Notes: generated by a model not told the origin, from the letters alone. 62,438 nucleotides of DNA from an uncultured Bdellovibrionales bacterium (GCA_964534945.1 CAZHSB010000004.1:1-62438); one strand, 5' to 3'; shown: positions 27,348 to 36,949, numbered from the stretch's first letter. Numbers and translations: made by a program.

Positions 27348-27540
27348 GTTAAATTCCCTAATCCTATAAAAACTCTGATATATTATACTTTATTATTTAA
27401 AATTTCAATTTATAAAGGATATTTTTAGGTAAAGTTAACAATAATTTCGTAAAAAATTTAGGAAAACAATGTTATATAAACAATTCGATAAAACTGTTTT
27501 TTTACAAATGTCTATTAAATGCAATTCAATTCTTTATTAA

Positions 27541-28986
27541 TTAAAACATCGAAACATCAGAAGATACGACTAATCCTTTAGATTCTTTTTTATATCTATT
27601 TTGATAATTGGTTACTAAGTTTGCACTAATAAAATTTTTTGTACTACTTACAAATAAAAAACCATTTATTGTTTCTTTAGTTGAAGTGGCTAATGGCATT
27701 AAGACACTAGAATCCTTTTTAAGTGTCATTGTCACCAATTTTTCTGGCGTTATTGAAATATTAACGACTGCATCACTACTTCCTTCATTAAATATTCTCA
27801 ATGAACCTGTTTCCCCAAGTGAAAAATTATAAGGAATTAAAATATCTGTTCCTAGTGAATCTTTATTATTAAAGAGCTTGTTTGCTACATTATTTACTCT
27901 AACATATCCAATTATACCATTAGATTTTGAAGAAACTTCACATGTATAATCGTCACAATTTTGATTGTTTGTATCTTCCGTCACAAGTTTTATTATTGGA
28001 TTCGGTAATGACTTAACTTGTTTTTTAAGATTTATATTTTTTTGAGAAAAAGGTTCCATTGAAATTTTATTAGAAACTTTTAATTCGCCTTCTGAATAAA
28101 TTTCATATGTTACAGTATTTGCACTATTACCAACATTTGAAATGACCAATATTCCTTTAGCGTTAACAAAGTTTGATCTAACAAAGTTTTTTTGTGATTT
28201 TAAAATTTCTTTTTGACCATTGGTAAATTTAATTTTTATAAAGGCAAGATATTTTTTATCTTGTAACTTAGGGGATATTTTAAATGTTACTACTTTTTTA
28301 TTTTTAATTGTTATTATTTTTTCGCCATTACGAGCAAGACTAATTGTATAAGATTCAATTTGCTCTCCCTTTGCAGAATACCCTTTTACATAAAACTTCA
28401 TTTGTTCATCACTTAAATTATCGATATAAAGTTTGGCAGATTTCACTGTTAATCCTTTATAGATATTTTTATTATAAGCAATATTAGACTCTCCCGTTGT
28501 AATATCACAACCTTCTAGATTACTTGTTTCTATGATCTCATCTTCTTTATCGTAAGAATAGTAATTCATATAACAAACGACATTTTTTGATTTAGTGCTA
28601 ACATTAACCACTCCACTTTTACTTTTTATATCATCAAATCCTTTTATTTCGCTTACGAAAAAAGACATTGTGGCATTTTTAGGAATGTCGTAAGAAGTAT
28701 TTAAGCTTTCATCTTTTTTGCCTAACAATTCTACACTTATTTTACTTGAAACATCTGGAGCATAATTAACGCAATTTACTAATGAAAGTTGATTTATCTT
28801 TGTAGTCCAAGGAAATTTTATAGAGTATGCCGTTAATATCTCGCTTTCTGGTATAGCAATATTAAGATCCTTATTATTTTTTGATTTAACATTTGGAAAA
28901 GCCATCATAAAAATAAGCATCATTATAAGTAAAAAAGATAACAAATAGCCCTTTTTCATAGAAAAACCCTTTTTTTTAAATCTCAC
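27541..28986 (-). CDS. secreted hypothetical protein
   Basis: 481 aa. N-terminal signal/anchor (YLLSFLLIMMLIFMMAF), beta-rich Asn/Ser/Lys-rich sequence, no recognisable motif. The start may be Met10. Confidence 0.45.
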   Translation of the reverse strand: MRFKKKGFSMKKGYLLSFLLIMMLIFMMAFPNVKSKNNKDLNIAIPESEILTAYSIKFPWTTKINQLSLVNCVNYAPDVSSKISVELLGKKDESLNTSYDIPKNATMSFFVSEIKGFDDIKSKSGVVNVSTKSKNVVCYMNYYSYDKEDEIIETSNLEGCDITTGESNIAYNKNIYKGLTVKSAKLYIDNLSDEQMKFYVKGYSAKGEQIESYTISLARNGEKIITIKNKKVVTFKISPKLQDKKYLAFIKIKFTNGQKEILKSQKNFVRSNFVNAKGILVISNVGNSANTVTYEIYSEGELKVSNKISMEPFSQKNINLKKQVKSLPNPIIKLVTEDTNNQNCDDYTCEVSSKSNGIIGYVRVNNVANKLFNNKDSLGTDILIPYNFSLGETGSLRIFNEGSSDAVVNISITPEKLVTMTLKKDSSVLMPLATSTKETINGFLFVSSTKNFISANLVTNYQNRYKKESKGLVVSSDVSMF

Positions 28987-29134
28987 TACTTTTGATGCTA
29001 TTTCTTGTTAAATGTATTCTTTTTAGATAAAAACCATCAAAATATCTTGCAATATTAAATAGTTAAAAAATCTAATCTTTCAAAAAGCTATAATTTGTGC
29101 AGTACTTTTACCCTTATTTTTAGGAATGATCTTG

Positions 29135-29182
29135 GACAAAAATTAAAAAAGGAGGGGGCAAATTTAATGGCCTTCTCCTTTT
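29135..29182 (-). terminator. intrinsic terminator after the 107-aa flagellin-tail-like gene
   Basis: AAGGAGGGGGC...GGCCTTCTCCTT imperfect stem (29149-29182). On the minus strand it is followed by TTTTTTAATTTTTG. Confidence 0.5.
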
Positions 29183-29215
29183 CACCAATTTACATTAAAA
29201 AGTATGGTATAAAAT

Positions 29216-29539
29216 TTATTTAAGAAGACTCTCAACGACATCTTTTTCTTGGTTAGCCTGAGCCATCAAAGATTCTTCTTTATTATTTGTTATATTGATC
29301 GTTAATTTTTCCGCTAATTTTATTGCTTCTTCTACATTTCTAACATCTGAATTGGCGGCTTCATAATTTGCTTTTCTTACTTCATTTCCTTTTTCTTTTG
29401 CATGAGTTTCGATAGAAGCGGCTGCAACTTTGTTGTTAAGAGTAGAATCATCTACTGCTTTTCTTTCTACGTTTTTTTTATCTAAATTTTTTTCTGTTAA
29501 TTTAGTGGCGAATGTTGTTGATAAAGATTTTATTTCCAT
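29216..29539 (-). CDS. small protein with flagellin C-terminal (D0 helix)-like tail
   Basis: 107 aa. The C-terminus LTINITNNKEESLMAQANQEKDVVESLLK aligns by eye with the flagellin ending ..QIL.QAGTSVL(A/S)QANQ.PQ.VLSLL. No flagellin N-terminus. AAAGGAG SD and a sigma-28-type promoter upstream. Confidence 0.5.
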   Translation of the reverse strand: MEIKSLSTTFATKLTEKNLDKKNVERKAVDDSTLNNKVAAASIETHAKEKGNEVRKANYEAANSDVRNVEEAIKLAEKLTINITNNKEESLMAQANQEKDVVESLLK

Positions 29540-29647
29540 ATAAACCTTAACTCCTTTAATAGTTATTAATAAAAGGAAATTTTTTAAAAGAAAAACAATT
29601 CATTATGGGCAATTTTTCTTTTTTAACTTCCTCCTGATGTAATGAGG

Positions 29648-29674
29648 GTATCGGTTCAAATGGAATATCGTTTA
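29648..29674 (-). promoter_or_regulatory. sigma-28 (FliA)-type promoter
   Basis: The minus strand reads TAAA (29674-29671), 15 nt, ACCGATAC (29655-29648). Consensus spacing, 6 of 8 in the -10. About 100-nt leader containing CAGGAGGAAG. Confidence 0.5.
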
Positions 29675-29711
29675 GGTTTTGGTGCTAATTTTTTTTATAT
29701 TTAAAAAATTT

Positions 29712-30284
29712 TTATCTAGCTAAAAAATAAAGGATTATTGTCGCAATTGTCAATCCAACTACAAGAATTGTTAACAAATCAAGTTTATTTGAAAATCTAA
29801 TTTTATTAATTTTCCCGAACGTAGAATTTTCTATTGAGTTAATATACTCTCTTTTACTTTCGTTCATTTTAGGACTTTTACTTTTATCTAAGTCCGAAAA
29901 ACTTACTGGTCTTACCGTAGTGTTTGCTCTATCTCTAGCAAGATTTTTCAATCCGTATTCTCGTCCCTTTTTATCTAACATATCTTGAAAATATTGATCT
30001 GTCGTTTCCTCGTCTTCCCAACCTTTAAATTTGAATAATGTAGAATCATATTCTTTTCTTTTCTCATCACTGGTTAATACGTTAAAAGCATTTGTTATAA
30101 TCTGAAAATCTTCTAATGTTTTTGCATCTTGATTTGTTTTTCCAATGATTTCATTAAAGAAGTTAGAATCTGGGTGATATATTAAAGCAATATTTTTATA
30201 AGCTTTTTTTATTTCTTCTTTTGAAGCTGTTTGTACCACTCCTAAGATTTCATAATAATTTTTTTGGTCAAAGTTATTTGGCAT
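29712..30284 (-). CDS. J-domain (DnaJ-like) protein with C-terminal membrane anchor
   Basis: 190 aa. YYEILGV...AYKNIALIYHPD J-domain with HPD. C-terminal TM LLTILVVGLTIATIILYFLA. Confidence 0.75.
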   Translation of the reverse strand: MPNNFDQKNYYEILGVVQTASKEEIKKAYKNIALIYHPDSNFFNEIIGKTNQDAKTLEDFQIITNAFNVLTSDEKRKEYDSTLFKFKGWEDEETTDQYFQDMLDKKGREYGLKNLARDRANTTVRPVSFSDLDKSKSPKMNESKREYINSIENSTFGKINKIRFSNKLDLLTILVVGLTIATIILYFLAR

Positions 30285-30379
30285 AATTTATAACTTTTAA
30301 AATCAATTAGTAAAAATAGTATCTGTAGAGTCGACAACATGCATTATAAACTTGACATCGAAAAATTTTTGTCAGTACA

Positions 30380-30407
30380 TTGACAAACTTACTAAAAATA
30401 TTAGACT
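30380..30407 (+). promoter_or_regulatory. sigma-70-type promoter abutting the aminotransferase ATG
   Basis: TTGACA (30380-30385), 16 nt, TAGACT (30402-30407). The ATG at 30416 is 8 nt after the -10. Confidence 0.55.
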
Positions 30408-30415
30408 TTTTGGCC

Positions 30416-31624
30416 ATGAAAAGAATTCTTTTATCAAATAGAGCAAGATTAACCCCGCCATCTCCTATTAGGAAGTTAGCAAAATTTTCACGTGAGGCAA
30501 AAGAAAAAGGAAAAACAATTTTTCATCTTAATATTGGGCAACCAGATATTAAATCACCCATAGAATTTTTAGATGCGATAAAAAATTTTAAAGAAGATGT
30601 CGTAGCTTATGAAGACTCTAGAGGCAATCAAGGATTGCGCAACATATGGGCAAATTATTTAAATGTAAATTATAAACTTAATTTATCTTCAGAAAATTTT
30701 ATTATCACTATGGGAGCAAGTGAGGCTTTGCTCTTTATTTTCATGACTTGTTGTGACCCTGGAGATGAAGTCATCGTTTTTGATCCAACATATGCAAACT
30801 ATATTGGTTTTGCTGCAGAAAGTGGTGTTGATTTGATACCTGTACTTAGCGATCTTGAAAATAATTTCACATTACCGTCAAAAGAAGAAATTGAAAAAAA
30901 GATTTCAAACAGAACTCGAGCAATTTTGCTTTGTAATCCGAATAATCCAACGGGAACAATTTATAACAAAGAGGATATAAAGTTTTTGTTGGATATTTGT
31001 GAAGAGCATAATTTCTTTTTAGTAGTAGATGAAGCTTATAGAGAATTTGTTTATGATGATATAAAACCAATGTCTGCTTTACAAGTTGATCCAGAAAATA
31101 AGAGAATCATCATTGTCGATAGTCTTTCAAAAAGATATAGCCTTTGTGGCGCTAGAGTCGGCGCATTAATTACAAAAAATGAAGATGTATTGGCCACCGT
31201 TTTAAACATTGCGCAAGCTAGATTATGTGCACCAACAATAGAACAATTTGCTGCTGGAATAATGATTGAAAGCATTTCGCCTGAATATTTAGAAGAAACA
31301 AGAAGAGAATATGAAAGAAGACGTAATACGCTTTGTAGATGTTTAGAAAATATCGCTGGTATTGAAGCCTATAAGCCACAAGGGGCTTTTTATGCAACTG
31401 TAAAATTTCCAGTAACTTCTACTGAAGATTTTGCAAAATTTTTATTAACTGATTTTTCTTTTAATAATAAGACTTGTTTCATAGCACCTGCCTCCGGTTT
31501 TTACATGCAAAATGGAAAAGGAAAAGACAAGGCAAGAATCGCCTATGTATTAAATGAAGATGATATAGTAGAAGCAATAAATGTTTTAGGAAAAGGATTA
31601 AAAGCTTTTAACTCTTCTAATTAA
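30416..31624 (+). CDS. class I/II PLP-dependent aminotransferase (AspB/AlaT-like)
   Basis: PPSPIRKL, NIGQPD, NPNNPTG, SLSKRYSLCGARVG. I moved the start from the tracked TTG (which is the -35 hexamer) to ATG 30416. Confidence 0.85.
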   Translation: MKRILLSNRARLTPPSPIRKLAKFSREAKEKGKTIFHLNIGQPDIKSPIEFLDAIKNFKEDVVAYEDSRGNQGLRNIWANYLNVNYKLNLSSENFIITMGASEALLFIFMTCCDPGDEVIVFDPTYANYIGFAAESGVDLIPVLSDLENNFTLPSKEEIEKKISNRTRAILLCNPNNPTGTIYNKEDIKFLLDICEEHNFFLVVDEAYREFVYDDIKPMSALQVDPENKRIIIVDSLSKRYSLCGARVGALITKNEDVLATVLNIAQARLCAPTIEQFAAGIMIESISPEYLEETRREYERRRNTLCRCLENIAGIEAYKPQGAFYATVKFPVTSTEDFAKFLLTDFSFNNKTCFIAPASGFYMQNGKGKDKARIAYVLNEDDIVEAINVLGKGLKAFNSSN

Positions 31625-31639
31625 AATTTTTATAATATA

Positions 31640-31680
31640 TTGACATCTTAGAAAATTAAAATTAGACTAATTCTAATTTT
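31640..31680 (+). promoter_or_regulatory. promoter with overlapping perfect 9-5-9 palindrome (candidate Fur/PerR-type operator)
   Basis: TTGACA (31640-31645), 17 nt, TAGACT (31663-31668). Inverted repeat AAAATTAGA (31658-31666) / TCTAATTTT (31672-31680) spans the -10. Confidence 0.5.
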
Positions 31681-31708
31681 TAAATAGCATCATCTTAAAT
31701 AATATTAA

Positions 31709-32086
31709 ATGACAAAATATTCTAAAAAAATAATTAACATAATCAACAATTCTTATGAGCACCCTACTGCTGAAGATATCTTTTTTAAATTAAAAGCCAC
31801 CGAGACAAAAGTAGTTTTGGCAACAGTATATAATAATTTAAATACCCTTTATAAAGATAACTTAATTCGAAGAATTTCCGCTGAAGGAAAATCAGATCGT
31901 TACGATAAAATGATAAGGCATGATCATTTATTATGTAAAAAATGTGGAAAAATTACGGATGTTATCTTAAAAGACTTAACAAAAAATTTAGAAAAACAGC
32001 TTGAAGAAAAAATTTTAAATTATGATTTAAAAATTTTTCATATTTGTTCCAATTGCATGAAAAAGGAAAAGGAGAATAAGTTATGA
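31709..32086 (+). CDS. Fur family transcriptional regulator (PerR-like by context)
   Basis: 125 aa. ATVYNNLN (winged-helix recognition region), HDHLLCKKCGKI...CSNC structural Zn motif. Stop overlaps the next start (ATGA). Confidence 0.78.
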   Translation: MTKYSKKIINIINNSYEHPTAEDIFFKLKATETKVVLATVYNNLNTLYKDNLIRRISAEGKSDRYDKMIRHDHLLCKKCGKITDVILKDLTKNLEKQLEEKILNYDLKIFHICSNCMKKEKENKL

Positions 32087-33465
32087 TTTATCAATGTGGC
32101 GTGTGCGGATATATATACGATGAAGAAAAAGAGGGAAAACTTTTTTCCGAATTAAAAGAATGTCCTATATGTAAGCAATCAGTTAATAATTTTAAATTAA
32201 TTAACTCCAATATAAGTGACCTAAAAGGAAAAGGAAATGCAGATTTTGCCTATTCTAAAGATACTGAGAAAACAGATAGTAATTATCGTTACATAAAAGA
32301 AATTCATGAAATGGCGATAACTGGGAAACCTATTATTGAGGCAATGGGAACACAAATGAAGATGCCAAATTGGGATGATGTTCTTATACTTGGTGCACAA
32401 TTAAATCCATTTCCGCTAGAAGAACATGCAGATGTTTCACTAAAAACTATTATCGGAAAGAATGCCAAGAAACCGATGATAATTGATACTCCTATATATA
32501 TTTCTCATATGTCTTTTGGAGCATTATCAAAGGAAGCAAAAATTGCATTAGCAAAAGGAAGTGCATTAGCAAAGACAGCAATGTGTAGTGGCGAAGGTGG
32601 CGTTTTGCCAGAAGAAAAAGCATCTGCGTATAAATATATATTTGAATATGTGCCTAATTTATACAGTGTAACTGAAGAAAATTTAAAAACATCTGATGCA
32701 ATTGAAATAAAAATTGGACAAGGAACAAAACCTGGAATGGGAGGACATTTACCCGCAGGCAAAGTAACTCCTGAAATTGCAGAAATTCGAAATAAACCCT
32801 TAGGAAAAGATGTAATAAGTCCGTCAAAATTTTCTGATATAAATTCAAAAGAAGATTTAAAGAATCTTGTGACAATGTTAAGGGAAACAAGCAACGGAAG
32901 ACCAATAGGAATAAAAATTTCCGCAGGACATATAGAAAAGGATCTCGAGTTTTGCGTATTTGCAAAGCCAGATTTTATCACAATTGATGGAAGAGGTGGA
33001 GCAACGGGAGCTTCTCCTGCTATTATTAGAGACTCAACAAGTGTTCCAACAATTTTTGCATTACATCGAGCACGAAAATATTTAGATTCTGTAAATTCTG
33101 ACATTGATTTAGTAATTACAGGTGGGCTTCGTGTTTCATCTGATTTTGCAAAAGCAATTGCTATGGGAGCTAACGCTATTGCGATTGCCTCTGCTGCGAT
33201 GGTCGCAGCCGCATGTCAACAATATCGCATTTGTGGAACTGGAATGTGCCCAATAGGTATGGCCACTCAAGATCCTGAGCTTAGAAAAAGATTTAAAATT
33301 GAAGCATCATCTAAAAGAGTAGCAAATTTTTTAAATTGTTCATCAGAAGAGCTAAAAACTTTTGCAAGAATTACGGGACATGATGATATTCATAAATTAT
33401 CCATTGATGATTTATGTACGATAAGCAATGAAATTTCTGAAAATACAGATATTCAACATGCTTAA
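32083..33465 (+). CDS. rubredoxin domain fused to glutamate-synthase-related FMN domain protein
   Basis: 460 aa. N-terminal YQCGVCGYIYDEE...CPICK (CxxC..CxxC), then a GltB-FMN-like core (SHMSFGALS, GEGG, IKIGQGTKPGMGGHLP, DGRGGATGASP, GGLRV). Confidence 0.8.
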   Translation: MIYQCGVCGYIYDEEKEGKLFSELKECPICKQSVNNFKLINSNISDLKGKGNADFAYSKDTEKTDSNYRYIKEIHEMAITGKPIIEAMGTQMKMPNWDDVLILGAQLNPFPLEEHADVSLKTIIGKNAKKPMIIDTPIYISHMSFGALSKEAKIALAKGSALAKTAMCSGEGGVLPEEKASAYKYIFEYVPNLYSVTEENLKTSDAIEIKIGQGTKPGMGGHLPAGKVTPEIAEIRNKPLGKDVISPSKFSDINSKEDLKNLVTMLRETSNGRPIGIKISAGHIEKDLEFCVFAKPDFITIDGRGGATGASPAIIRDSTSVPTIFALHRARKYLDSVNSDIDLVITGGLRVSSDFAKAIAMGANAIAIASAAMVAAACQQYRICGTGMCPIGMATQDPELRKRFKIEASSKRVANFLNCSSEELKTFARITGHDDIHKLSIDDLCTISNEISENTDIQHA

Positions 33466-33551
33466 AAATTAAAGTAATAAAAAAATTTTTATGAGTTTTG
33501 TAGAAAAGTCATAAAATATGACATTTGTAAACATTAAAAAGGAGAAAGATA

Positions 33552-34214
33552 ATGAAAACATGGAAATGTAAAGTATGTGGTTATATTTATAAAGGTGATA
33601 ATTTGCCTTCTGATTTTGCTTGCCCAATATGCAAGCAACCCGCATCTAGTTTTAAAGAGGCGAAAGAAGAACCTGCAAAAAATAAATATGCTGGAACTCA
33701 AACTGAAAAAAATCTTCAAACTGCATTTGCTGGAGAATCACAAGCAAGAAATAAGTATACTTATTTTGCTTCCGTTGCAAAAAAAGAAGGATATGAACAA
33801 ATATCTTCTCTTTTTACAAAAACTGCAGATAATGAAAAAGAGCATGCAAAGTTATGGTTTAAAGAGTTAAACGAACTTGGTGATACTAAAGAAAATCTTA
33901 ATGCAGCAGCAGATGGTGAAAATTATGAATGGACAGATATGTATTCAGGATTTGCAGATACTGCCGAAAAAGAAGGATTTACTGATTTAGCCAAAAAATT
34001 TAGATTAGTAGCAGAAATTGAAAAACATCATGAAGAAAGATATCGTGCGTTACTTCGAAATGTTAAAACTGCCACTGTATTTGAAAAGAGTGAAGTCAAA
34101 GTTTGGGAATGTCGTAACTGCGGACATATTGTCGTAGGAACAAAAGCACCAGAAATTTGCCCTACATGCAATCACCCTCAAAGCTATTTTGAAATACATT
34201 TAGAAAATTATTAA
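33552..34214 (+). CDS. rbr: rubrerythrin with additional N-terminal rubredoxin domain
   Basis: 220 aa. N-terminal [10 protein letters not shown]...CPICK. Di-iron four-helix motifs ([22 protein letters not shown]). C-terminal WECRNCGH...CPTCNHP. AAGGAG SD. Confidence 0.9.
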   Translation: MKTWKCKVCGYIYKGDNLPSDFACPICKQPASSFKEAKEEPAKNKYAGTQTEKNLQTAFAGESQARNKYTYFASVAKKEGYEQISSLFTKTADNEKEHAKLWFKELNELGDTKENLNAAADGENYEWTDMYSGFADTAEKEGFTDLAKKFRLVAEIEKHHEERYRALLRNVKTATVFEKSEVKVWECRNCGHIVVGTKAPEICPTCNHPQSYFEIHLENY

Positions 34215-34227
34215 AATTATTTTATGC

Positions 34228-34276
34228 AAAACCAATTTTACTTAAATTTCTTATAAATTTAGGTGAAGTTGGTTTT
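34228..34276. terminator. possible bidirectional terminator hairpin between rbr and the ATPase
   Basis: AAAACCAA (34228-34235) / TTGGTTTT (34269-34276) enclosing an inner TAAATTT/AAATTTA stem. The flanking U-tracts are weak. Confidence 0.3.
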
Positions 34277-34333
34277 ATCTAATACATAATGAAAACCATT
34301 CTTCTCTTTCGAAAAATAGCACATTACTAATAC

Positions 34334-36949
34334 CTATGATAAAGCTTTTCTAAAAAAGCACTTCCTAATTAAATCTAATGGAACTATAAGAAAAGATAAT
34401 CCTAAAACAATTCCCCATTGAGCTAAATTTAACGGAACACACTGCATAATTTTTCCACCAAAAGTTACAGCAAAAATTGTTCCTAAAAAAACATAAATAA
34501 AAATTTCTACGAACATCGGGTTTTTAGAAATTCCTTCAAATAAATTCATTTTTGTTGTCCTAATATTAAAACCATTTATATTTGCTATAAGGACAAGTAA
34601 TGCAAAACGAGCAGTTAAATATTCAGACTCTGTCGCAAAAAAATTATCTTTAATAGCGGGAATTAAAGTTATCGCAAAAATTACCATGAAAGATAAAATT
34701 GAAAGACTTATCTGATAAAAAGTTTCTCTTGAAAATAAGTTAGATCCTTTTTCTATTGGTTTTTCTAACATATATTCTGCCTTTGCAGGTTCCCCACCAA
34801 AAGATAAAGAAACTAATGCGTCCATCACAATATTTATTGCTAATATTTGAACTGCAACTACTGCTTCTACATCAAAGAAAAGTGGATATAAAATACTAAG
34901 AATTACCATGCTAATATTTATTGGAAGTTGAAATTTTAAAAACTTTGTAACATTATGCATAAATGTTCTTCCAAAAAGAACGCTTGAAGTAATCGATACA
35001 AAATTGTCATCAGTAATAATTATATCACCTGCTTCCTTACATAAATCTGTTCCAGATCCCATAGAAAAACCGACATCTGAAGCCTTTAATGCAGGAGCAT
35101 CATTAGTTCCATCTCCTGTCATTCCTACACACAAGTTTAATTCTTGAGCAAGCTCTATAATCCTAAGCTTAGTTTTTGGAGTTGCTCGAGCAATAACTTT
35201 GATTCTTGACAATTTTTCTTTTACTTCATTATCACTTAATAAATCTAAATCAATTGCAGAAATTGCAATATCATCTTTACTTGTAATAAGCCCAACATCT
35301 TTTGCTATGGATTCTGCAGTATCTAAGACATCCCCTGTAATCATCATAACTTGAACACCTGCACCATGCATTTTTTTCACAGCCTCAACAGCTTCTGGGC
35401 GAATATCATCTCTTATGGCAACCAAAGAAAGCATTACTAAATCTTCTGGTAAATCTTCATCTAATGAAGACGGAGAATAACCCAATGCCACAACTCGCAT
35501 AGAACGAGTCGTAAATTCTTTTATTTTTTTTTCCACTGCATCAAAATCAATTGATCTTATTCCACTTTCACTTTCATAATATTTTGCAAATTTTAAAAAC
35601 TTCTCAGGGGCTCCTTTATAATAAGAAACTTTAGTCTCATTTTCCTTTACTTCGACCGCAGAATATTTATTTGTACTGTTAAAAGCCAATTTCTCTACAA
35701 CAGAAATATTTTCTTTACACGCATTATAAATTTCTGGAGTAATCATTGAAAGAAGTGCCCTATCTGTAGCGTTTCCACCAATAATATTATTTTCGGCATC
35801 AAACATTGCACTTGTATTTAATGCAATATTTTCTTTAAAAATTTCAAAAACTTTACCATCTTTTTTTATCTCATTTCCATCTAATGTTAAATTATAAACT
35901 GGAGACAAAACTCCTTTTGTTAATGTCCCCGTTTTGTCGGTACATAAAAGTTGAATATTACCAGCTTCGGGAATTTTATTTGTATTTTTTGCAAGAACGT
36001 TGTGCTTTAACATTAATTTTGCATTTTGTGCAGTAATTAAATTTATAATAAGAGGAAGCCCCTCGGGAACAGCTGCAACAATAATTGTTATTGCAGTAAT
36101 TAAAACTGCAAAAACGCTTTTTATAATTAACAAATTACCTTGATGCAAATAATTATCTAATCCAACATCTGATATTTGAGAAGATAAAATAACGACTGTA
36201 ATTATCGTTGCTCCAATATAACCAAACTTTGATATTTGTCCTGCCAACTTTTCTAACTGTAATTCAAGAGAAGTTTTTTTCTGTTGTATGTTTTGCATTG
36301 TTAAAATAGTTTGCCCATTTACAGTGTGAATCCCAACTTTTTTTACAAGCATTTTTCCTTCACCTTCTGTAACAATTGCACCGGAAAAAAGGCTATTACT
36401 ATCGACAAAATCATCCGAATTTATATCTTTTTTATCTTCATAAACAAAATCATCAACAACAAATTTTTTACAATCCTTAGACTCTCCATTTAAAACTGAA
36501 TTATTAACTTTGATTTTCCCTTCAATTAAAAATCCATCTGCGCAAATTGCTTCCCCTGCTTGAAGTAACACAATATCACCTACGACGACCTCTCTTGTAT
36601 TGATTTTTTCTATTCCCTCTTTTCTTAATACATTACAAAAATGGATTGATGATTTATCTTTTAAAATTTTTGTATTTTTTTGGCTTCTAAGTCCTGTACA
36701 AATATTTATAATCGAAATCGCCATCAAGACAACGGCTATCCCTATAGGCTCTATTACGGAAGCGTGGCCAAGTATTGCAAGCGCTACAAAGATTAGAGTC
36801 ATTCCAAGTAAAATTAAATTTAATTTATTTTGAAAAGTTTCTATAAAAAAATCTAGTATCGTTTTTTGTCTTGGCTCTGGAAGCTTATTATATCCATACT
36901 CTTTTTGACTTTTTAAAACTTCTTCATGTGATAACCCTTGTATAGCCAT
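34334..36949 (-). CDS. P-type cation-transporting ATPase (Ca2+-ATPase-like, P2 type)
   Basis: 871 aa. TGES-like NGES, CTDKTGTLT phosphorylation site, MITGD, GMTGDGTNDAPALK, about 10 TM segments. Confidence 0.88.
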   Translation of the reverse strand: MAIQGLSHEEVLKSQKEYGYNKLPEPRQKTILDFFIETFQNKLNLILLGMTLIFVALAILGHASVIEPIGIAVVLMAISIINICTGLRSQKNTKILKDKSSIHFCNVLRKEGIEKINTREVVVGDIVLLQAGEAICADGFLIEGKIKVNNSVLNGESKDCKKFVVDDFVYEDKKDINSDDFVDSNSLFSGAIVTEGEGKMLVKKVGIHTVNGQTILTMQNIQQKKTSLELQLEKLAGQISKFGYIGATIITVVILSSQISDVGLDNYLHQGNLLIIKSVFAVLITAITIIVAAVPEGLPLIINLITAQNAKLMLKHNVLAKNTNKIPEAGNIQLLCTDKTGTLTKGVLSPVYNLTLDGNEIKKDGKVFEIFKENIALNTSAMFDAENNIIGGNATDRALLSMITPEIYNACKENISVVEKLAFNSTNKYSAVEVKENETKVSYYKGAPEKFLKFAKYYESESGIRSIDFDAVEKKIKEFTTRSMRVVALGYSPSSLDEDLPEDLVMLSLVAIRDDIRPEAVEAVKKMHGAGVQVMMITGDVLDTAESIAKDVGLITSKDDIAISAIDLDLLSDNEVKEKLSRIKVIARATPKTKLRIIELAQELNLCVGMTGDGTNDAPALKASDVGFSMGSGTDLCKEAGDIIITDDNFVSITSSVLFGRTFMHNVTKFLKFQLPINISMVILSILYPLFFDVEAVVAVQILAINIVMDALVSLSFGGEPAKAEYMLEKPIEKGSNLFSRETFYQISLSILSFMVIFAITLIPAIKDNFFATESEYLTARFALLVLIANINGFNIRTTKMNLFEGISKNPMFVEIFIYVFLGTIFAVTFGGKIMQCVPLNLAQWGIVLGLSFLIVPLDLIRKCFFRKALS

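Noticed and set aside
29648-29662. GGTTCAAAT resembling a tRNA T-arm
   Set aside because: There is no acceptor stem, D-arm or anticodon arm around it. The sequence is better explained as the complement of a sigma-28-type -10 element.
30380-30415. TTG start codon for the aminotransferase ORF
   Set aside because: The TTG is the first half of a TTGACA -35 hexamer with a properly spaced TAGACT -10. ATG 30416 precedes the conserved N-terminus.
32505-33104. 199-aa ORF (and the 103-aa ORF at 32654-32965) antisense to the rubredoxin-GltS gene
   Set aside because: It lies entirely inside a gene with clear conserved motifs on the + strand. It has no promoter or SD, and its composition is typical of antisense reading of AT-rich coding DNA.
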